Shown in pieces: positions 8,803 through 16,780 of a stretch of DNA of 64,000 bases. The notes beneath the pieces were generated by a model. The model was given only the letters and a program-made list of their open reading frames with translations, was not told the DNA's origin and searched no databases. How positions within the stretch are numbered: position 1 is the first letter of the stretch; every line of letters begins with the position of its first letter. The DNA is from a virus (Duplodnaviria > Caudoviricetes): IMG/VR virus record IMGVR_UViG_3300042876_000250, positions 417-64,416 of that record; one strand, given 5' to 3'. Both the position numbers and the translations under genes were made by a program.

Positions 8803-9732
8803 ATGGCTATTTCTCGTTCCCAACTTCTCAAGGAACTCCTGCCCGGCCTGAATGCCCTGTTCGGCATGGAGTACGCCCGTTACGGCGAAGAGCACAAAGA
8901 AATCTACGAGACCGAGAAATCGGAGCGTAGCTTCGAGGAGGAGACCAAGCTGTCCGGCTTCGGCGCTGCTCCGGTGAAGAACGAAGGCTCGGCAATCGCC
9001 TACGACAACGCGCAGGAAGCGTTCACCGCACGCTACACCCACGAGACCATCGCTCTGGGTTTCTCGATCACCGAGGAAGCTGTGGAAGACAACCTGTACG
9101 ACAGCCTGTCGGCCCGTTACACCAAAGCCCTGGCCCGCGCCATGGCCTACACCAAGCAGGTGAAAGCCGCTGCCGTTCTGAACAACGGCTTCAACGGCGC
9201 TTACGCTGGTGGTGACGGTGTTTCGCTGTTCGGCGTCAACAGCGGCGGCTCCCGCGTGGGCCACCCCCTGGTTGGTGGCGGTCAGAACTACAACAGCCCG
9301 GTGACTGGCGTTGACCTGAACGAAACCTCCCTGGAAAACGCAGTGATCCAGATCGCTGCCTGGACTGACGAGCGTGGTCTGCTGATCGCCGCCAAGCCCA
9401 AAAAGCTGGTGATCCCGCCCGCCCTGATGTTCGTGGCCAAGCGTCTGCTGGACACCGAACTGCGTGTCGCCACTGCCGACAACGACATCAACGCGTTGAA
9501 GCAGATGGGCTCCATCCCCGAGGGCTACACCGTCAACCACTTCCTGACGGACAACAACGCTTGGTTCCTGATGACCGACGTGCCCAACGGCCTGAAGCAC
9601 TTCGAGCGTGTGGCCCTGTCCACCTCGATGGACGGCGACTTTGACACCGGCAACGTCCGTTACAAGGCCCGCGAGCGTTACTCGTTCGGCTGGTCTGACC
9701 CGCTGGGCGTCTGGGGCTCGGCTGGCGCTTAA
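8803..9732 (+). CDS. Major capsid protein (HK97 fold, Mu GpT-like)
   Basis: MAISRSQLLKELLPGLNALFG...KARERYSFGWSDP; strongly biased codons; followed by a terminator. Confidence 0.92.
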   Translation: MAISRSQLLKELLPGLNALFGMEYARYGEEHKEIYETEKSERSFEEETKLSGFGAAPVKNEGSAIAYDNAQEAFTARYTHETIALGFSITEEAVEDNLYDSLSARYTKALARAMAYTKQVKAAAVLNNGFNGAYAGGDGVSLFGVNSGGSRVGHPLVGGGQNYNSPVTGVDLNETSLENAVIQIAAWTDERGLLIAAKPKKLVIPPALMFVAKRLLDTELRVATADNDINALKQMGSIPEGYTVNHFLTDNNAWFLMTDVPNGLKHFERVALSTSMDGDFDTGNVRYKARERYSFGWSDPLGVWGSAGA

Positions 9733-9749
9733 TACCGCGAGGTATGTGG

Positions 9750-9779
9750 AAAAGGGGGCCTTGTGCCCCCTTTTCTTTT
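9750..9779 (+). terminator. Rho-independent terminator after the capsid gene
   Basis: AAAAGGGGGC-CTTGT-GCCCCCTTTTCTTTT. Confidence 0.85.
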
Positions 9780-9798
9780 ACTGTATATTGCCTTTATT

Positions 9799-9867
9799 CC
9801 GGGGTATTTCCCAGCGCAGCAGACAGACCCGGCTGACGACATGCAGACTGCTGTGCTACTCGCATGT
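9799..9867 (+). ncRNA. Candidate cis-regulatory RNA with chained pseudoknots
   Basis: Three interleaved helices (9799-9803/9828-9832, 9813-9822/9848-9857, 9839-9844/9862-9867) that end at the GAGG SD. Confidence 0.5.
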
Positions 9868-9875
9868 GAGGCATC

Positions 9876-10064
9876 ATGGCTCAAACTACTTTCTCCGGCC
9901 CGGTCAACCTTGGCGTTTTCACCGTGGCCACCGCCCCCACCAACGCTTCCACTGGCTCTGTTGCTTACTTCAGCAACGGCGCTGCTGGCTCGCCTGTTCT
10001 GGCTTTCTGGAACGGCACCAACTGGCTGCGCGTTGACACCCTGGCCGCGATCTCCGCGTCCTGA
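9876..10064 (+). CDS. Small virion protein (head fibre/decoration-like)
   Basis: MAQTTFSGPV start, GAGG SD. Confidence 0.75.
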   Translation: MAQTTFSGPVNLGVFTVATAPTNASTGSVAYFSNGAAGSPVLAFWNGTNWLRVDTLAAISAS

Positions 10065-10076
10065 TAGGAGCCCGTC

Positions 10077-10355
10077 ATGGGTATGCAAACTGACATCAAA
10101 GCCACATCGCTGGCTGCGTCAGGCACCGCGTTCGATCAGCGTACCCGTGTTCGTGGCGCGTTGATTGAGCCCAGTGCCAGCGCGGGGAGCATTGTCTTCA
10201 AGGATGGCGGTGCCAGCGGTACCACCGTCTTCACGGTGAATACTCTCGCCAACGGCGAGTCGTTTTCCGTGGTGATCCCCGCCGATGGCATCGTGTTTCA
10301 AAACGACGTGTACGTGGTCTTGACCAACGCGAAAGTCACGGTGTTTTATGCCTAA
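10077..10355 (+). CDS. Small beta-rich virion protein
   Basis: AGGAG SD; IPADGIVF..VTVFY. Confidence 0.75.
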   Translation: MGMQTDIKATSLAASGTAFDQRTRVRGALIEPSASAGSIVFKDGGASGTTVFTVNTLANGESFSVVIPADGIVFQNDVYVVLTNAKVTVFYA

Positions 10356-10602
10356 GACAGCAGCATGGCAGCGCAAGGAAGGCAAGAACCCCAAAGGCGG
10401 CTTGAACGCCAAAGGTCGTGCCTCCTACAACAAGGCCAACCCGGGCAAGCCTGGGTTGAAGCCGCCCCAGCCCGAGGGCGGCAAACGCCGAGACTCTTTC
10501 TGTGCCCGCATGGAGGGCATGAAGAAGAAGCTGACCAGCGCCAAGACGGCGAAAGACCCGAACTCTCGCATTAACAAGAGCCTGCGGGCGTGGAACTGCT
10601 GA
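10348..10602 (+). CDS. Basic protein, DUF6321-like
   Basis: GGLNAKGR, SFCARM and DPNSRINKSLRAWNC motifs. Confidence 0.7.
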   Translation: MPKTAAWQRKEGKNPKGGLNAKGRASYNKANPGKPGLKPPQPEGGKRRDSFCARMEGMKKKLTSAKTAKDPNSRINKSLRAWNC

Positions 10603-10603
10603 C

Positions 10604-10810
10604 ATGCAACAGCACCATGACACGGTTAAAAACACCCTGGACATCCTTTCGGTTGTCGCAGCGGTGGGGTCTTTTCTCCAAGTGCTTACGCCCGTTTTTG
10701 GTTTGATTGGTGCTGTCTGGACGCTGATGCGGATTGCCGAAATGGTGACGGGTAAGCCGTTCGCCGAGCTGATTCGCCGTAAAAAGGCAGACGATGCCGA
10801 GCAGCAGTAA
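10604..10810 (+). CDS. Small membrane protein
   Basis: Long hydrophobic stretch followed by a basic tail. Confidence 0.7.
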   Translation: MQQHHDTVKNTLDILSVVAAVGSFLQVLTPVFGLIGAVWTLMRIAEMVTGKPFAELIRRKKADDAEQQ

Positions 10811-11201
10811 GAAGCAGCACAACTTCATGGCTGCGGTGGCCAAGAACCCCGCGTTTGCCAAGAAGGCTGGAGTCCCGCAGAGCGTGGGACAAGATTTTCT
10901 CAACGCGGACAAGGGCCGCAAATTTGCCGGAGGTGGTGAAATGAAAGAGTCGAAGAACATGATGAAAAAGGAAGTGGCCTTCATGAAAAAGAAAGGCGCT
11001 CCCAAGTCCATGGTCAAACACGAGATGGCTGAGATGGGCATGAAAAAAGGCGGCACCGCCAAGTATGCCAACGGCGGTATGACCACGGCCAAGATGGGCG
11101 CTGTGCGTACGGCCGCCCCCAGCCGCGACGGTATTGCCTCCAAGGGCAAAACCAAGGGCACCATGGTCAAGATGGCCTACGGCGGCAAAGCCTGCAAATA
11201 A
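10794..11201 (+). CDS. Lys/Met-rich basic protein with four GG tags
   Basis: FAGGG, MKKGG, YANGG, MAYGG. Confidence 0.8.
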   Translation: MPSSSKKQHNFMAAVAKNPAFAKKAGVPQSVGQDFLNADKGRKFAGGGEMKESKNMMKKEVAFMKKKGAPKSMVKHEMAEMGMKKGGTAKYANGGMTTAKMGAVRTAAPSRDGIASKGKTKGTMVKMAYGGKACK

Positions 11202-11210
11202 GCCACAGCC

Positions 11211-11423
11211 ATGGCCGACACCCCGCGCTTCAAAAGCAAGAAGGAGATGTACGAGGACATGCTCGTTGAGCCGACTCGTATCACTTCTGGGCACACCACC
11301 AAGCCGATGCAGCTCGCAGACAAGATGTTTGCTGCGCCGCAGGAAAAGAAGATGGCCAAAGGCGGTGTGACGCGGGGCGACGGCTGTGCCAAGCGCGGCA
11401 AGACGAAAGGTAGGATGGTATGA
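11211..11423 (+). CDS. Small basic protein with GG tag
   Basis: MAKGGVTRGDGCAKRGKTKGRMV. Confidence 0.75.
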   Translation: MADTPRFKSKKEMYEDMLVEPTRITSGHTTKPMQLADKMFAAPQEKKMAKGGVTRGDGCAKRGKTKGRMV

Positions 11424-11701
11424 AGCTCTCAGATGTCAATCTTCTGGCAGGTGCGCTGACTGGTAAAGGTGCGATGGGCAAAGCTCTTGCCCAGGGTTTT
11501 GGTGGCATTCTCCCTGCCGCGATTGCTCGTCGTGAGCAGCGCGAAGATGCAGAAGAAGCGCAGCGAAACGCTGCCGCCGAAGCCGCGCGTCAGCAGGCGC
11601 TCGCCGCATCCGCTGCCGGTCAGCCCATGAAAAAGGGCGGCGCAGTGAAGGCCAAGGGTTGGGGCAAAGCTCGCGGTGTTCGCGGAGCCAAGGTGTACTG
11701 A
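11420..11701 (+). CDS. Small protein with GG tag
   Basis: ATGA-coupled; MKKGGAV. Confidence 0.75.
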   Translation: MKLSDVNLLAGALTGKGAMGKALAQGFGGILPAAIARREQREDAEEAQRNAAAEAARQQALAASAAGQPMKKGGAVKAKGWGKARGVRGAKVY

Positions 11702-11702
11702 C

Positions 11703-11990
11703 GTGAGGGCCAGCCGTGGCATGGGGGCCATCAACCCCAGCAAGATGCCCAAGGCGAAGACGGTTGTTCGCAAGGACAACCCGAACGACGTGACCATGTA
11801 CGCCAAGGGCGGCAGCACGTCCAAGGTCAACGAGGCTGGAAACTACACCAAGCCCGGCATGCGCAAGGCGCTGTTCGAGTCCATCAAGGGTCGTGCGGTG
11901 CAGGGCACGGCTGCCGGACAGTGGAGCGCCCGCAAGGCGCAGTTGCTGGCCAAGAAGTACAAGGAAAAAGGCGGAGGCTATCGTGGCTGA
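11703..11990 (+). CDS. Basic protein, N-terminal half of DUF5872-like domain
   Basis: GTG start; NYTKPGMRK...GQWSARKAQLLAKKYKEKGGGY. Confidence 0.7.
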   Translation: MRASRGMGAINPSKMPKAKTVVRKDNPNDVTMYAKGGSTSKVNEAGNYTKPGMRKALFESIKGRAVQGTAAGQWSARKAQLLAKKYKEKGGGYRG

Positions 11991-12159
11991 GAAGTGGATT
12001 CAGAAGGCGATCAAGAAGCCCGGCGCTCTGCGCGAGTCTCTAGGCGTCAAGGGCGATAAGCCGATCCCCGCCAAGAAGCTGGCTGCTGCGGCCAAGAAGC
12101 CCGGCAAGATGGGGCAGCGTGCCCGACTGGCACAGACGCTCAAGGGCCTCAAGAAGTGA
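11983..12159 (+). CDS. Small Lys-rich protein
   Basis: GGAGG SD plus GTG; KWIQKAIKKPGALR...RARLAQTLK. Confidence 0.75.
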   Translation: MAEKWIQKAIKKPGALRESLGVKGDKPIPAKKLAAAAKKPGKMGQRARLAQTLKGLKK

Positions 12160-12389
12160 AAGCCCCGCAGAAATCGCTCAAGGATTGGACGGCGCAGAAA
12201 TGGCGCACCAAGTCCGGCAAGCCGTCGAGCAAGACGGGGGAGCGGTATCTGCCTGAGAACGCCATCAAGGCGTTGTCGCCTGCCGAGTACGCGGCCACCA
12301 CCCGGGCCAAGCGTGCTGGCAAAGCGGCGGGCAAGCAGTTTGTGAAGCAGCCGCCAAAGGTGGCGTCGAAGACAGCAAGGTACAGGTGA
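12156..12389 (+). CDS. Basic protein, C-terminal half of DUF5872-like domain
   Basis: QKSLKDWTAQKWRT..GERYLP..KQFVKQP. Confidence 0.7.
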   Translation: MKAPQKSLKDWTAQKWRTKSGKPSSKTGERYLPENAIKALSPAEYAATTRAKRAGKAAGKQFVKQPPKVASKTARYR

Positions 12390-12754
12390 TGGAAGAGGCG
12401 AAACCTGTTGAGACGGCCAAAGAAGTCGCTGGCAAGTCCATCGGCAGGTTTGGCCTCTTCTACATCACGCTGATTGTCCTGATCGGCGTGGGATCGTCGT
12501 ACTTTCTGTCTGAAGCGGCTATCACGGCCGTGATGACAATGGTGGGTGGTGCGTTGGTGGCCCTCATCAACATGATGAACGGGATTGCTGGCACGGCCGA
12601 GAAGCAGGAAAAGCCTGAGTTCAAAGTCATTGAGACCTTGATCCAGAAGCTCGACAAACTCGACAGGCAGGAGCTGCCGATGCGCGTGGATGTTGAGGGT
12701 GAGAAGGTCACGGTGCGCAAAGGCGACGACGTTGTAATGGCGAAGAGGGATTGA
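12386..12754 (+). CDS. Two-TM membrane protein
   Basis: Two hydrophobic segments and a charged C-terminus. Confidence 0.7.
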   Translation: MMEEAKPVETAKEVAGKSIGRFGLFYITLIVLIGVGSSYFLSEAAITAVMTMVGGALVALINMMNGIAGTAEKQEKPEFKVIETLIQKLDKLDRQELPMRVDVEGEKVTVRKGDDVVMAKRD

Positions 12755-12755
12755 T

Positions 12756-13457
12756 ATGGCAGGCGGATCAGGCTTTGTGAATCAAGCGGCGGGTGCAAGC
12801 CAAGGTGCTGGCGGCATGCCGCAGCCGGGCGGTGTTCTTGGCAACACCATGCAGCAGTACAACACGCCGCCCATGCAGCAGCCTGCGCAGCAGCCCACCG
12901 GCCTGTTTGGCGGCAATTTCCCGCAGCCGAACACCACGCCCGGCCAGCAAGCACCTGCCGTCGGGTTTGGCAACCTTGCCGGTGCGTCCCTTGCGATGCC
13001 GTACGACCAGCCGCAGCAGCCGCAGTATCAGCCTGCGCAGATGCCGCCCGCCTTTGAGCAACTGAAGAACCCCGAGTTCCAGGCGTACCGCACGCAAGCG
13101 CAAGACCTTCAGCGGCAGATGGACGAGTACATACGCAAAGCGCCTATGTACCAGCAGTTGCAAGATCTGCAATCCAAGATGAGGGGTTTTGGCCAGCCTT
13201 CGCCGATGCAGACTTCGCCGATGCAACCTTCGCTGCATCAGCAAAACCCCATGGAGCAGATGGCGCGGCAAAAAGCTATGGAGCAGATGCTTGGGCAACA
13301 GCCGATGAAGCCTGCCGGTGGCTTGGACGCACTGGCGCAGGCACAATCGCAACTCATGGCCCCACAACAGCCTGCGGCTCCGTCGCCGTCGGCATCCATG
13401 CAGCAACCCCAGCCTGCCCGCAGTCCGTTTGGCGGTTTCCGCCGCAGGAGAATGTAA
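12756..13457 (+). CDS. Gln/Pro/Met-rich low-complexity protein
   Basis: 233-aa ORF filling the gap in the operon; ends in RRRRM. Confidence 0.65.
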   Translation: MAGGSGFVNQAAGASQGAGGMPQPGGVLGNTMQQYNTPPMQQPAQQPTGLFGGNFPQPNTTPGQQAPAVGFGNLAGASLAMPYDQPQQPQYQPAQMPPAFEQLKNPEFQAYRTQAQDLQRQMDEYIRKAPMYQQLQDLQSKMRGFGQPSPMQTSPMQPSLHQQNPMEQMARQKAMEQMLGQQPMKPAGGLDALAQAQSQLMAPQQPAAPSPSASMQQPQPARSPFGGFRRRRM

Positions 13458-13460
13458 GAC

Positions 13461-14159
13461 ATGGCAACTTCCGGCGTAGCCAATTTCAACCTCGATCTGG
13501 CGGAGATCGTTGAGGAGGCGTTCGAGCGCTGCGGTGCCGAACTGCGCACCGGCTACGACCTGCGCACGGCTCGGCGTTCTCTGAACCTGCTGTTTGCCGA
13601 CTGGGCCAACCGTGGCATCAACATGTGGACGTTCGAGCAGGGCACGCAGGCTCTTACGCCCGGCACGGCCACGTACAACCTCCCCGCCGACACAGTGGAT
13701 TTGATGGAGCACGTCATCCGCACGGGGGCGGGCAACCAGTCCACGCAGGCAGACCTGACCATCACCAGGATCAGCGTCTCCACCTACGCGACCATCCCCA
13801 ACAAGTTGCAGCAAGGGCGGCCCATCCAGATTTGGATTGAACGACTCGACACACCGCGTTTCACTGTGTGGCCCGTCCCCGATAACTCGCAGACCTACCA
13901 GCTTGTCTACTGGCGTTTGAGGAGAATCCAAAATGCGGGCGATGGTACGAACACTATGGACATGCCGTTCCGGTTTATCCCGTGCATGGTGGCGGGACTG
14001 GCGTATTACCTGTCGATGAAGCTGCCCGAAGGCCTGGAGCGTATGCAGGTGCTCAAGGCGCAGTATGACGAGGCCTGGGCGCTGGCGGCCGAGGAAGACC
14101 GCGAGAAGGCTGCTGTGCGGTTTGTCCCGCGTCGTCAGTACCTGGGAAGCGGCACGTAA
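13461..14159 (+). CDS. Head-tail connector/adaptor protein
   Basis: EEAFERCG, ARRSLNLLFADWANRG, WPVPD, GLAYYL. Confidence 0.75.
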   Translation: MATSGVANFNLDLAEIVEEAFERCGAELRTGYDLRTARRSLNLLFADWANRGINMWTFEQGTQALTPGTATYNLPADTVDLMEHVIRTGAGNQSTQADLTITRISVSTYATIPNKLQQGRPIQIWIERLDTPRFTVWPVPDNSQTYQLVYWRLRRIQNAGDGTNTMDMPFRFIPCMVAGLAYYLSMKLPEGLERMQVLKAQYDEAWALAAEEDREKAAVRFVPRRQYLGSGT

Positions 14160-14548
14160 TGGCCAACCGTTTCGCGTCTGGCAAGAACGCCATCGCCATG
14201 TGCGATAGGTGCGGGCAGCGCTTTAAGCTGACCGAGCTGAAGACCGAAATCGTCAAGACCAAGAAGGTCAACATCCTCGTTTGCCGCACATGCTGGGATC
14301 CGGATCATCCGCAGCTCCAACTGGGTATGTATCCAGTGGATGATCCGCAAGCACTGCGCAACCCTCGCCCGGACAGCACCTACGTAACTGCGGGCGTTGG
14401 CCCAGACGGGTATGTGACGGGCGGCAGCAGGGACATCCAGTGGGGATGGAACCCCGTTGGTGGGGCCAGATTTTTCGATAACGCCTTGACGCCAAACGAC
14501 TTGGTTTCTGTTGGCGAAATTGGTACAGTCACGATTGTCACGACGTAA
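14159..14548 (+). CDS. Conserved Zn-ribbon protein
   Basis: CDRCG...CRTCWDPDHPQ. Confidence 0.8.
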   Translation: MANRFASGKNAIAMCDRCGQRFKLTELKTEIVKTKKVNILVCRTCWDPDHPQLQLGMYPVDDPQALRNPRPDSTYVTAGVGPDGYVTGGSRDIQWGWNPVGGARFFDNALTPNDLVSVGEIGTVTIVTT

Positions 14549-14558
14549 GGAGTCGATC

Positions 14559-14723
14559 ATGGACGCAAAGACCGCCGTGCGCAAGCACGAAAAGAACATG
14601 CACCCCGGCCAGAAGCCCACCAAACTGAAAGCTGGCGGCAAGACCAATGCCGACATGCTCAAGTACGGGCGCAACATGGCCAAGGTCATGAACCAGCGCA
14701 GCCCCGGCCGCAAAGGGGGCTGA
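14559..14723 (+). CDS. Small basic protein with GG tag
   Basis: AAGGAG SD; LKAGGKT. Confidence 0.7.
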   Translation: MDAKTAVRKHEKNMHPGQKPTKLKAGGKTNADMLKYGRNMAKVMNQRSPGRKGG

Positions 14724-14724
14724 T

Positions 14725-14925
14725 ATGGCAACGTACAAGAACCCCAAGTACTCGCCTTTGAAAGAGGCGGGCACGGAGCCGGTCAAAGAGTACCTGCGCA
14801 AGACTCCGCTGACGATTGCCAACGTCCGCAGCGATGAGTATGCCCCCGTCAAGACGGACGGCATCAAGATTCGCGGAACTGGCGCGGCCACCAAAGGCGT
14901 CAAAGCTCGGGGCCCGATGGCTTGA
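14725..14925 (+). CDS. Small basic protein
   Basis: GIKIRGTGAATKG..ARGPMA. Confidence 0.75.
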   Translation: MATYKNPKYSPLKEAGTEPVKEYLRKTPLTIANVRSDEYAPVKTDGIKIRGTGAATKGVKARGPMA

Positions 14926-14933
14926 GGTAGCGC

Positions 14934-15614
14934 ATGACGTACACCGAACTCGTTGCGGCGATCAAGGACTACACGCAGAACTTCGAGAACGACTTCTCTG
15001 CGAACATCCCGCTGTTTGTTCAGCAGGCGGAGCAGCGCATCTACAACACGGTGCAGTTCCCCAGCCTGCGGCGCAACGTTACGGGCGTCACGCTGGTGGG
15101 CAACAAGTATCTGCCTTGCCCCTCCGACTTCCTCGCGGTGTACTCCATGGCGGTGATCGACATGATGGGGAACTACGAGTACCTGCTGAACAAGGATGTG
15201 AACTTCATCCGGCAGGCGTACCCCAACCCCAACTCGCAGTCGATCCCTCGCTACTACTCGCTGTTTGGCCCGGCCACGACAAACACTTCTCCGCCCGTCA
15301 CGACCGACGAGCTGACGTTTCTTCTTGGCCCCACGCCAGACGCTGCCTACAACATCGAGCTGCATTATTACTACTACCCCGAGTCGATTTCTGTTGCTGC
15401 TGATGGCCGCACTTGGCTGGGCGACAACTTCGATTCTGTGCTGCTGTACGGCTCGCTGGTCGAGGCCTACACCTTCATGAAGGGTGAGCAGGACATGATG
15501 GCGCTCTACGACGGCAAGTACAAAGAAGCGCTTGCGCTGGCAAAACGCCTGGGTGATGGTCTGGAGCGCAGCGACGCGTACAGGTCTGGGCAGTATCGAC
15601 AGGCGGTGACTTGA
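14934..15614 (+). CDS. Adaptor / tail tubular A-like protein
   Basis: MTYTEL..I.DY, AEQRIY, PTPD..Y, LLYGSLVEA. Confidence 0.75.
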   Translation: MTYTELVAAIKDYTQNFENDFSANIPLFVQQAEQRIYNTVQFPSLRRNVTGVTLVGNKYLPCPSDFLAVYSMAVIDMMGNYEYLLNKDVNFIRQAYPNPNSQSIPRYYSLFGPATTNTSPPVTTDELTFLLGPTPDAAYNIELHYYYYPESISVAADGRTWLGDNFDSVLLYGSLVEAYTFMKGEQDMMALYDGKYKEALALAKRLGDGLERSDAYRSGQYRQAVT

Positions 15615-15615
15615 T

Positions 15616-16026
15616 ATGGCGTTTGACCAGACGATGACCACCGAGGCCAAGTACCAAGCGCTGTCCGCGCTGGTGCAGGGTACGGTCAAGATGGCGCTGT
15701 ACACGGCAAACGCCGATCTCAACGCGAACACGTTGGCATACACGACGGCTGGGGAAGTTCCCAGTACTGGCGGTTACTCCGCAGGCGGCCAAGTAATGTC
15801 TGGCGTGACCGTCAGCAAGAGTAACGGCGTGGCGTACTTGAGCTTCGACAACGTTGTGTGGAACCCCGCAGCTTTCACTGCTCGCGGAGCCCTTATCTAC
15901 AATGCCAGCTTGGGCAATATGGCTATTGCTGTTTTGGATTTCGGGGCCGACAAAACGGCCACGACGAGTTTCACGGTGCAGATGCCTGCGAACACGGCAG
16001 ACGCTGCTTTGGTTCGCATCGCTTAA
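15616..16026 (+). CDS. Virion structural protein
   Basis: KMALYT, GYSAGG, ARGALIYN, VLDFGADK. Confidence 0.75.
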   Translation: MAFDQTMTTEAKYQALSALVQGTVKMALYTANADLNANTLAYTTAGEVPSTGGYSAGGQVMSGVTVSKSNGVAYLSFDNVVWNPAAFTARGALIYNASLGNMAIAVLDFGADKTATTSFTVQMPANTADAALVRIA

Positions 16027-16034
16027 AGGAGTTC

Positions 16035-16586
16035 ATGATGCAGTCTGAAAAAATCAACCCTGTTGACTCTGCGGCCGTGTCTGTTGCGGCCGGTGCGGGT
16101 CAGGCAGAAACTGTTTTCGCAACCGGCCGGTATGTGGTCGAGTGCTTTGATGCCGAAGGCAACCTGAAATGGGAAGACGAGATTCAGAACCTCGTCGTGA
16201 CCGTCGGCAAGAATGACCTGCTGGACAAGTACTTCAGCGGCTCTTCGTACACGGCTGCTTGGTATCTGGGCCTCATCAACTCTGGCGGCACTTACGCTGC
16301 TGGCGATACGATGTCGTCGCACGGCGGCTGGACGGAGAACACCGACTACTCAAATCCGACTCGCCCGGCCCCTTCGTGGAACGCAGCTTCGAGCGGCTCC
16401 AAGTCCACGAACCCCACGGCATTCAGCATCAACGCTTCGGCCACGATTGGCGGCGCGTTTTTGACCGACAACAACGTTATAGGCGGCTTCAGCGGCATTC
16501 TGTACTCGGCTGGCAACTTCACTGGCGGCAGCCGCACGGTTGCCAACGGCGACACGCTGAACGTCACCTACGTCGCGTCTGTTTAA
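16035..16586 (+). CDS. Virion structural protein
   Basis: AAGGAG SD; NLVVTVGK, GDTLNVTY. Confidence 0.75.
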   Translation: MMQSEKINPVDSAAVSVAAGAGQAETVFATGRYVVECFDAEGNLKWEDEIQNLVVTVGKNDLLDKYFSGSSYTAAWYLGLINSGGTYAAGDTMSSHGGWTENTDYSNPTRPAPSWNAASSGSKSTNPTAFSINASATIGGAFLTDNNVIGGFSGILYSAGNFTGGSRTVANGDTLNVTYVASV

Positions 16587-16597
16587 GGAGAGACACC

Positions 16598-16777
16598 ATG
16601 GCAGCAAATTTCAAACCCGGCGCGCAGGTCAAGGTCAGTGCAACCCCGCCCCAAGGCGTGGTCTTGCAACTGTCTGTGAGCCAAGAAGGCGACATCGAGT
16701 ATCTGGTTGAGTACACCGACGCGCAGGGCAATGTGCACCAGCGCTGGTTCAAGGAAGCCGATCTCGTCGGAGCCTGA
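16598..16777 (+). CDS. Small SH3-like hypothetical protein
   Basis: AAGGAG SD; FKPG..V..QRWFKE.DL. Confidence 0.7.
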   Translation: MAANFKPGAQVKVSATPPQGVVLQLSVSQEGDIEYLVEYTDAQGNVHQRWFKEADLVGA

Positions 16778-16780
16778 TAG

